Shown here: positions 57,008-64,000 of the stretch, in pieces
Numbering within the stretch: position 1 is the stretch's first letter
How the letters are laid out: each line of letters begins with the position of its first letter
From: Bacillota bacterium
GTDB lineage: Bacteria; Bacillota; JAAYKD01
NCBI GenBank assembly: GCA_963666425.2
Contig: OY762825.2
Location: 1,184,001 to 1,248,000, forward strand
DNA: 64,000 nt
Direction of reading: 5' to 3'
Made by a program: the position numbers and the translations under genes
The notes under the pieces: model-generated
The model's input: only the letters and a program-made list of their open reading frames with translations
Databases searched by the model: none
What the model was told of the DNA's origin: nothing

Positions 57008-58251
57008 TCAAAAAGCTGCGGATCAAATTCATCGCCAGCATCATGCTGATGCTGACCCTGGTCTTGGTGTTAATATTTGCCAGCCTTAATCTCGTGATGA
57101 TTCGCACCGGTGAGCAGCAAACCTTTGCTCTGATGCAAAAAATCGCCGATAATGATGGTCAATTGCAGCAAAAAAAATCGACGCAAGCGCCGGAGTCAAT
57201 TCAGCCGGAGGGGAGTAAACCCGGAAAAATCCCCTTGGAAATACCGGCTATACCCGAATCGCAGACGAATTTTTCTGTCAAACTGGACAGTGAAGGGGTG
57301 ATCCTGGCAGTCATCTCGCAGTTCCCCGACCAAGTAACAGCTGAAGATATCGAACAGCTCGTCGCGGCAGTCCTCGCCGAACCGAAAACCCAAGGAAAAC
57401 TCGCTGCGACTTTTTACCTGATTGAAGCAAAGCCCTATGGCAGCATCATAGTTTTTTCCAACGGGCAGACAGAAGACAACATCATGAGCCGCCTGCTGGA
57501 GATTTCGATCTATGTTGGCTTGATCAGCTTGGTTCCTGTTTTCCTGATCGCCTTTTTTCTGGCCAAATGGGCGGTGAAACCAGTGGAAACTGCCTTTGAA
57601 AAGCAGCGGCGTTTTATTGCAGATGCCTCCCACGAATTGAAGACACCGCTGACCATTATCAATACCAACGCCGATGTGCTGCACAGTGAAATCGGTGATA
57701 ATAAGTGGCTGGGTTACATTCAAAGCGAAGCGCTGCGGATGAGCAAGCTGGTCACCGATTTGCTCTACCTGACCAAATACGACACCCAGGAGAACATCTA
57801 TGAAAACCAGCTTTTCAATCTATCGGAAGCAGTCACCGGCGCTGTGCTGCCTTTTGAAAGCGTATTGTATGAAGCAGGCAAAACACTGACAACCGATATC
57901 GATGCAAATCTGCTCTATCACGGCGATGAAGGAAAATTGAAACAATTGGTGGTCATTCTGCTCGATAACGCGGTGAAGCATTCCCGCCCCAACAGCAGCG
58001 TCACCGTCCGCCTGAAGCAGCAGGAAAACCGATACAAGCTCTCCGTGCATAATTTCGGCGAGGGCATTGAGGAGAGCGAACGGGAACGTATTTTCGAACG
58101 TTTTTACCGGGTCGATACTTCCCGTGCCAGAGACACCGGCGGTTATGGCTTGGGTTTGGCCATTGCGAAAAGCATTGTGGACGGACACAAAGGCCGAATT
58201 CAGATCAACGGTAAAACAGGCGAATGGGTTGAATTTGTCGTAACCCTCTAA
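57004..58251 (+). CDS. Sensor histidine kinase
   Basis: Two TM segments, DASHELKTP H-box, LLDNAVK, FERFYR, GYGLGLAI. Confidence 0.95.
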   Translation: MIKKLRIKFIASIMLMLTLVLVLIFASLNLVMIRTGEQQTFALMQKIADNDGQLQQKKSTQAPESIQPEGSKPGKIPLEIPAIPESQTNFSVKLDSEGVILAVISQFPDQVTAEDIEQLVAAVLAEPKTQGKLAATFYLIEAKPYGSIIVFSNGQTEDNIMSRLLEISIYVGLISLVPVFLIAFFLAKWAVKPVETAFEKQRRFIADASHELKTPLTIINTNADVLHSEIGDNKWLGYIQSEALRMSKLVTDLLYLTKYDTQENIYENQLFNLSEAVTGAVLPFESVLYEAGKTLTTDIDANLLYHGDEGKLKQLVVILLDNAVKHSRPNSSVTVRLKQQENRYKLSVHNFGEGIEESERERIFERFYRVDTSRARDTGGYGLGLAIAKSIVDGHKGRIQINGKTGEWVEFVVTL

Positions 58252-58269
58252 AAAAAGCTCAACGGCAAA

Positions 58270-58312
58270 AAAAAGCGAGGTTGGCAGAATGACTCTGTCA
58301 GCCTCGCTTTTT
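58270..58312. terminator. Bidirectional terminator
   Basis: aaaaagcgaggttggcaga / tctgtcagcctcgcttttt. Confidence 0.75.
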
Positions 58313-58320
58313 GTCTTGCC

Positions 58321-58821
58321 TCAGATTTTAGTGATCTCCACTTTATAAGGATGCAGCTGATCCCGATTGAAACTGGTGGTAATCAGGCAGCGGCCTTTGC
58401 TGCCCTCCACAATACCCGTCAATAAGCCGTCCTTGCATAATTGCAAGCCCTGCAGTCCGTCGACTGTTCCAACGGCCTCTTCGATGTATTGCAGCAGTTG
58501 GTTGTAGCGTTCGTTATACCGTTTCATGGTATACGTTTTGATTACAGCCGGGATCTCCGCATTGGGAGTTCGGGTCAATTCCAGCACAAATTCGTCTTTC
58601 GCGTGCTTTTGACAATAAGCGGCATAGACTGCGTCTCGGCGGCTTAAGTCGTTTTCACCCATGAAGTCATGTTGTCCGCTGACCAAATCGAGTTCCAGTT
58701 GATGCAATTCGGCAGCTACTTTGAGATACATTTCCTGCTCAGCCTGCTGATAATTCGTAAAAAATTCGATAATGGCCGGAATTCCGGAAAAACAGGCATC
58801 CATGCGCATGGCAATCGGCAT
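58321..58821 (-). CDS. Hypothetical protein
   Basis: 166-aa ORF, SD AAGGAG, own promoter TTGACA-N16-TATAAT at 58925-58898. Confidence 0.75.
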   Translation of the reverse strand: MPIAMRMDACFSGIPAIIEFFTNYQQAEQEMYLKVAAELHQLELDLVSGQHDFMGENDLSRRDAVYAAYCQKHAKDEFVLELTRTPNAEIPAVIKTYTMKRYNERYNQLLQYIEEAVGTVDGLQGLQLCKDGLLTGIVEGSKGRCLITTSFNRDQLHPYKVEITKI

Positions 58822-58982
58822 GGCAAAAACTCCTTTCCCTGCAAAATCGGTTTTGACCGTCTGAAGAAAATCTCTGTTTTAATCTTCTTACCAGTTTATT
58901 ATAACATATTTCCTGCTTATGTCAAATTTTTTCTGTTGATTCAGGTTGATTCAGACATTTTCTATGTAAAAGCGAAATGAAC

Positions 58983-60248
58983 TCAGATTTCGTTCACGGT
59001 CGTTTTGTCCTTCTCTCTCAAAATGATCAGATAAATAAAGATTGCTAGGGCGCTGGTGGCAAGTCCAATCAGGAAGCTCAAACGATAACTGCCATAGCGG
59101 TCAAATAAATAGCCCGAAAGGATCGGCGCCAGCGCACTGCCCAGCGAACCGACCGCGGTTAGAAATCCATAAATGGAACTATAGTCTTTCATGCCATATA
59201 ATTCTATGGTGATGGAGGTATTGGCAATGGTGCCATAAGCAGCACCCAAACCGATGCCAAGAATCACTGCGCTCAATGCCAATGGGAATTTTGCAAAAAG
59301 CAGACCGGTCAACCCGATGATCAGAGCGAGGCAGGTGCTGATTAACGCTTTCTTCAAACCCCAACTATCGAACATTTTACCTAAGACCAATTTCCCTACC
59401 GCCAAAGAGCCCATGGTCAAGGCGACCACATTTGCGCTGTATTGTATGGAATAGCCTATATCTGTCAGATGCGGCGCAGTGGTCGTCATCAGTGGGTTTA
59501 AACCAAACATCACTAAAATAGCGCAAAGGTTCAGCAACCAAAACCTCGGTGTTTTCATGGCTTCCTGCATCATCATACCGGATTTTTCCGCCGGAATTTG
59601 GCTTAATTGAACCTCGTTGGCGCCATAAGGCAGCAATCCCATACCTTTGGGATGCAGCTTTACCAGAAAAAAAGTACAGGGGACAATCAGGATCAGCATA
59701 GCCAAAACCAATAATTGATAGGCAACCCGCCAGCCGTAGGCGACAATCCAACCGCCCGTTAGAGCGCTGAACAGCATGCCGCCAATGCCGCTGCCGGTAA
59801 ATGCAATGCCAATGGCCAGATTGCGGTGCTTGACAAACCAATTACTGATAATCAAGGATAAAGGCAAGGTGGAAATCAGAGAAACACAAATCCCGGCCAG
59901 CGCAGTCAAACCGTAGAGCATCAGCAGAGAATTGGTTTTAGAAAATAAATAATAAGTAAGCACCAAGACGAGAGACGCTGCTTGCATCAGTCGTTTGATA
60001 TTGATTTTCGCAAAAATCCTACCCGATAACAAGGAGACAATCATCATAAAGAGTGCACGTAAGGTCATGGTGAAATTCACCTGTGAGCGAGAAAAACCAA
60101 ACTCAGCGCTCACCGGTTTGATAAACAAGCTGGCAGTATTGAATACAATTCCCCAACCAGCCGTCATAATGATAAACCCTGCCAACACGATGACCCAGCC
60201 ATAATGGATTTTATAACGGGTTAACATCTTCTCCATTGTTTCAGCCAC
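58983..60248 (-). CDS. MFS transporter (OFA/MCT-like)
   Basis: About 12 TM helices; YGW, NWF..HR..AIG...GSGIG, LFDRYGSY. Confidence 0.9.
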   Translation of the reverse strand: MAETMEKMLTRYKIHYGWVIVLAGFIIMTAGWGIVFNTASLFIKPVSAEFGFSRSQVNFTMTLRALFMMIVSLLSGRIFAKINIKRLMQAASLVLVLTYYLFSKTNSLLMLYGLTALAGICVSLISTLPLSLIISNWFVKHRNLAIGIAFTGSGIGGMLFSALTGGWIVAYGWRVAYQLLVLAMLILIVPCTFFLVKLHPKGMGLLPYGANEVQLSQIPAEKSGMMMQEAMKTPRFWLLNLCAILVMFGLNPLMTTTAPHLTDIGYSIQYSANVVALTMGSLAVGKLVLGKMFDSWGLKKALISTCLALIIGLTGLLFAKFPLALSAVILGIGLGAAYGTIANTSITIELYGMKDYSSIYGFLTAVGSLGSALAPILSGYLFDRYGSYRLSFLIGLATSALAIFIYLIILREKDKTTVNEI

Positions 60249-60402
60249 CTCCGTTTTTTGAACCTGAAGCCGTCAAATTGAGGCACAATTACAACAAGCC
60301 AAGCTTATTTTTTTCCAGTAGTCTTCTTTGGAGAGCGGCTGATACGAGGGGAAAGTCACTCCGTTATCCAGACAGCAAATGAAATGAACTCATTTTGATA
60401 AT

Positions 60403-60428
60403 ATTCCACTCTGCAAATATGTTCCCCT
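60403..60428 (-). promoter_or_regulatory. sigma-H-like promoter of the MFS gene
   Basis: AGGG-N18-GAAT. Confidence 0.4.
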
Positions 60429-60459
60429 CTATTCCACAGCGGTTTGCTTGTGCCATAAT

Positions 60460-60505
60460 AAAACGAGCTTTCAAAGTTAAATTTTCCACTTTGAAAGCTC
60501 GTTTT
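60460..60505. terminator. Terminator after the dehydrogenase gene
   Basis: Perfect 18-bp arms aaaacgagctttcaaagt / actttgaaagctcgtttt. Confidence 0.75.
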
Positions 60506-60534
60506 AAATATTTTCAGTTTAATTTCAGCTCGTT

Positions 60535-61530
60535 TTAAGCCGGCACCACTTCATCGACGAGCGGCTCCCCTTTGGCGAAACGCACAGCATTTTCCACCAC
60601 TTCAACCAGTTCTTTTCTCTTTCCTTCAAAACTCATGTCTGCAGCATGCGGTGTGATGACAATGTTGTCCAGCGCAAACAATTCTTTGAGTAGCGCCTGA
60701 TCCAAGCCACCGGTCGCTCTGACTTCCAGTTCGTGCTCCAGAACATCAATGCCGGCGCCCCAAATGATCCCCTCTTTCAGGGCAGTCAGCAAATCTTGAT
60801 CCACTGCAACTTTTCCTCTGGAAATATTGATATAGATCGCAGTCGGCTTCATCATTTTAAATTTTTCCAGATTCATGAAGGCTGTTGTTTCAGATGATAG
60901 CGGCATATTGGTAGTAACAAAATCAGAAGTCTGCAGCAAGGTTTCCAAATCGACATAGACTGCGCCGCATTCTGTCTCAAACCCTAAATCTCTTTTTCTA
61001 TTATGATAAAGCACCGTCATTTGAAAACCACTTAGTTTTCGGGCAATATCCTGACCAATGTTGCCTGCCCCAATGATACCCAAGGTTTTTCCGGTCAAGT
61101 CCAACCCCAGTCTGCCGCCGTCCCCATGCTGCCATTGCCCGGTTTTGGCTCGCCGATTGCGTGCCGGGATCATTTTTGCCACAGCCAGCATCATGGCGAT
61201 GGCATGTTCGGAACAGACATCCCGCTTTGCCCAACCGTTATTTGAAAAGCGGATGCCACGTTCTCTGGCATAGGCAACATCGAAGCCGTCGAAACCGGCT
61301 GAAGTGCTGGAAATATATTTCAGTGTCGGCAGCTGATCCATAACTGTTTTCGTAAAGCGACCGGTGCCACTGATCACAACATCGATCCCCGTCAGCAATT
61401 TGACAAATGCGTCTCCCTGCGGCGGTGTTTCGGTCTCCTGCACTTCATGACAGACAATATCATAATAGGGTTCCAGTTGGTCCAGATACTGTTGATCCAG
61501 TTTCTTCTCAATGTATAATTTCATTTTCAT
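60535..61530 (-). CDS. D-isomer-specific 2-hydroxyacid dehydrogenase (glyoxylate reductase-like)
   Basis: GKTLGIIGAGNIG, NISRG, IDVLEHE, ITPHAA. Confidence 0.9.
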   Translation of the reverse strand: MKMKLYIEKKLDQQYLDQLEPYYDIVCHEVQETETPPQGDAFVKLLTGIDVVISGTGRFTKTVMDQLPTLKYISSTSAGFDGFDVAYARERGIRFSNNGWAKRDVCSEHAIAMMLAVAKMIPARNRRAKTGQWQHGDGGRLGLDLTGKTLGIIGAGNIGQDIARKLSGFQMTVLYHNRKRDLGFETECGAVYVDLETLLQTSDFVTTNMPLSSETTAFMNLEKFKMMKPTAIYINISRGKVAVDQDLLTALKEGIIWGAGIDVLEHELEVRATGGLDQALLKELFALDNIVITPHAADMSFEGKRKELVEVVENAVRFAKGEPLVDEVVPA

Positions 61531-61725
61531 CGCAATTCCTCCTTGCTCATTCTCCAGCGAACTTCAGCCCCTTCTGCCGGCGTGAGGCAATACCCTGACG
61601 ATAAAACTGTATTCAAGACAAAATTCGCTGCTGGCTGCGAAACACCTGCCCGTCTCGCAAAGATAGGGTTCTTTTATGAAAACCTAATGGATCTATCTCA
61701 GCATGAACCGCAAGGGTAACTGAAA

Positions 61726-61760
61726 GGGCTCGCTGCCTGTTCTAAACAGACAACAAGCCC
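61726..61760 (-). terminator. Hairpin after the ABC ATPase gene
   Basis: 16-bp stem whose mismatches are all G-U pairs on the minus strand. Confidence 0.6.
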
Positions 61761-61841
61761 CTAGCGCTGTATCGTTTCTTGATTAATCGAACCCTTGACG
61801 ATGATTCAGCTCAATACCGCTTAATCCCGGACGTGCGTTTG

Positions 61842-62567
61842 TTAAGCCGGCAGTGCATCTGGCTGTAAATCTACCGCTTCAATCTTGCCGTCTCGTAAGC
61901 GGATTACTCTCTGCGCGTACTGCGTCAACCCCGTATCGTGCGTGATAATCACAAAGGTCTGTTTTTCGATTTCCCGGAATTTTTGGAACAAGCTAATCAC
62001 AATATCCCTGGTTCGGCTGTCGAGATTGCCGGTTGGTTCATCAGCAAGCACAACTGCCGGTCTATTGATCAGAGATCTGGCGATGGCTACCCGTTGCTGC
62101 TCGCCGCCGGAAAGCTGATCCGGTCGATGATGCGCTCTTGGCGTTAAGCCAACTTCATTCAACAGGAAGGCAGCCCGTTCTCTTGCCTCTTTTTTACTGC
62201 CGCCCATGATTTTCAGCGGCAGTTCCACGTTTTCCAAGGCCGAAAGATGCGGAATCAGATTAAAAAACTGAAAGACATAGCCGATACTTTTTCTGCGCAT
62301 CAAGGCCAAACGATCTTCGGACAGCGACACAATGGATTGCCCATTGATGCGGATATCTCCGCTGATTGGCCGATCGAGCCCTCCGATTAAGCTTAATAAC
62401 GTACTCTTGCCACTGCCGGAAGGACCGACAATCATGGCAATTTCACCGGACATCACCTGCAGATTGACATTGTTGACGGCATAAACTGCTTCCCCTAAAT
62501 AAAACGCTTTGTTGAGATTGACTGTCTCCAGAATGATCTGAGGACTGTTTAGATTTTCTTCTTTCAT
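61842..62567 (-). CDS. ABC transporter ATP-binding protein, LolD/MacB type
   Basis: [30 protein letters not shown]. Confidence 0.93.
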   Translation of the reverse strand: MKEENLNSPQIILETVNLNKAFYLGEAVYAVNNVNLQVMSGEIAMIVGPSGSGKSTLLSLIGGLDRPISGDIRINGQSIVSLSEDRLALMRRKSIGYVFQFFNLIPHLSALENVELPLKIMGGSKKEARERAAFLLNEVGLTPRAHHRPDQLSGGEQQRVAIARSLINRPAVVLADEPTGNLDSRTRDIVISLFQKFREIEKQTFVIITHDTGLTQYAQRVIRLRDGKIEAVDLQPDALPA

Positions 62568-64000
62568 TGCTTTCCTCCTGACGAATCGGTATTTTCGTTT
62601 TGTCCGCTCTGAAAAGCGAGATGCCTGCGGTCGTAGGTTGCCAAAATTTCTGTGGGATAAGCATACTTGGCGGCGTTGGGATCATCCGGCTGGAAAACCA
62701 TTACCCCGGTGAAAGGATCGTATTCTGTGAAGATGCCGTCGCAAGGCGCGATCCATTCCTGGTAGCGGAAGCCAAACCAGCTTTCCTGGATGATCACGCC
62801 TTCACCTTGCCGAACATGCTCTCCCGGATGGCGCAGAAAGGCCCCATTCAATTTCTGATCAACCACATCGGCCTGCAGCAGCCGGACATTTTCCTGCCGT
62901 TCCCGGTATAGCAACTCCGCCTTGGGACGCAGGAGATGATTGATTTTCGTGCTGACCAGCGGGATCTGTCTTGAGAACACCAATTGATTGACGCTGGCGG
63001 CCTTACTCAATAAAATGGGATAAAGCACTGCCAAGCAAAAGATCAGCAGGGTGATGGCGGCATTCTGTCCCATCAAAGCAAAGAGCTGGCTGTGCGACAA
63101 TTCTGCCGACCATTGGAATTGCGGCAAGAGCAGCCAGAGGATGCAGTAACCCAAAGAAATTCCTGCCAGAAAAACCAAGCCATATTCAGCTGCATAAAGA
63201 CTGACGATCTGGGAAAAACGCAGCCCGATTGATTTGAGAATGGCTAATTCCTTACGGCGTTCCAGAAAAGTCATCAACGCAATGGTCATAATCCCCAGCC
63301 CAAGGAAGATATAAATCAGACGAAGCACCCAACCGGCCGGCGCCTGAATATCGGCGATCGCTGCCGCCGCTCGCTCGCTGGGCATGGAGGGGTAAATTAA
63401 CTCCGAGCCGGGATAAACCCGCTGCATATTTCGCTCCAGACCACTGGTATGCAGCTGGATCTCCGAACAAGCTAAAATTTGACCATTCGCTTGCGAATTG
63501 CCGGTTAAGCGCCAGAGATCGTCTTCCAAAATCAAAGGTTTCTGCAGATCATACGCGTCATTGACAATACCGACTAAGCTAAATTCAGCGGTCCTAAAGG
63601 AGACCTGATCAGTAAAATAAGCCAATTGTATTATATCACCGATTCTGTAACCGCACTGTGCAGCCAAGGCTGCCGGCAGCACGATCTGAGCGGACTGCAG
63701 ATGATTGTCCTCAACCCCATTCGCGTTATCCCAATGGAAGAAGTAGGATTCTTTGTTGATTCCCCAGACTTCCCAGGTAGCAAATGGGCTGTAACAAAGA
63801 TGCATACTCACGTTCTCCGCTTGGCTGAACGGTCTGGGTACACTGAGGATGTTGAAGATATCGGCTTTCCCCTTACCATAGTCATACGGATTGAGCGGGG
63901 CAGGCAGTTCTTCCAGCGGTTTTGGAAGCATCCCTTGCGGTAAACGGACCAGCAAATCATACGGTAATTGCAGTTTCACCGCCTGTGCACTGCCCGTATT
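62564..64000 (-). CDS. FtsX/MacB-type ABC permease with an extra soluble C-terminal domain; 5' end lies beyond the window
   Basis: ERRKELAILKSIG motif with flanking TM helices; the frame stays open to position 64000. Confidence 0.8.
   Translation of the reverse strand, partial: NTGSAQAVKLQLPYDLLVRLPQGMLPKPLEELPAPLNPYDYGKGKADIFNILSVPRPFSQAENVSMHLCYSPFATWEVWGINKESYFFHWDNANGVEDNHLQSAQIVLPAALAAQCGYRIGDIIQLAYFTDQVSFRTAEFSLVGIVNDAYDLQKPLILEDDLWRLTGNSQANGQILACSEIQLHTSGLERNMQRVYPGSELIYPSMPSERAAAAIADIQAPAGWVLRLIYIFLGLGIMTIALMTFLERRKELAILKSIGLRFSQIVSLYAAEYGLVFLAGISLGYCILWLLLPQFQWSAELSHSQLFALMGQNAAITLLIFCLAVLYPILLSKAASVNQLVFSRQIPLVSTKINHLLRPKAELLYRERQENVRLLQADVVDQKLNGAFLRHPGEHVRQGEGVIIQESWFGFRYQEWIAPCDGIFTEYDPFTGVMVFQPDDPNAAKYAYPTEILATYDRRHLAFQSGQNENTDSSGGKQ

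Noticed and set aside
1-64000. CRISPR arrays, tRNA/rRNA genes, T-box or known riboswitches, prophage
   Set aside because: No regularly spaced repeats or recognisable RNA or phage signatures seen by eye; an Infernal/tRNAscan run would be needed to exclude them fully

Overview
Chromosomal window from an anaerobic Bacillota (Firmicutes) bacterium. Housekeeping and stress genes include pssA, radA, the ctsR-mcsA-mcsB-clpC operon with a CtsR box, an RlmI-like methyltransferase, an EF-G paralog and an aspartate aminotransferase. These are mixed with peptide/amino-acid catabolism genes (four tandem amidohydrolases, a partial Opp ABC importer, dsdA, a dipeptidase, MalY/PatB, a YtcJ-like amidohydrolase), an ETF-linked FAD dehydrogenase and small AT-rich accessory islets. 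I saw no rRNA, tRNA, CRISPR array, integrase or intact transposase. The best leads are: (1) four amidohydrolase paralogs alternating catalytically dead and intact copies with complementary motif loss, suggesting two heteromeric enzymes; (2) a ~90-bp 'empty' copy of the two ends of a 1.2-kb lipoprotein domain lying next to the 'filled' gene; (3) a PqqD/RRE protein plus HprK-like kinase facing two ABC exporters, with no visible precursor; (4) a TetR-DegV-radical SAM module with three shared operators; (5) a leader-peptide attenuator in front of a five-gene detoxification-type operon. All functional calls come from motif recognition by eye; no database search was run.
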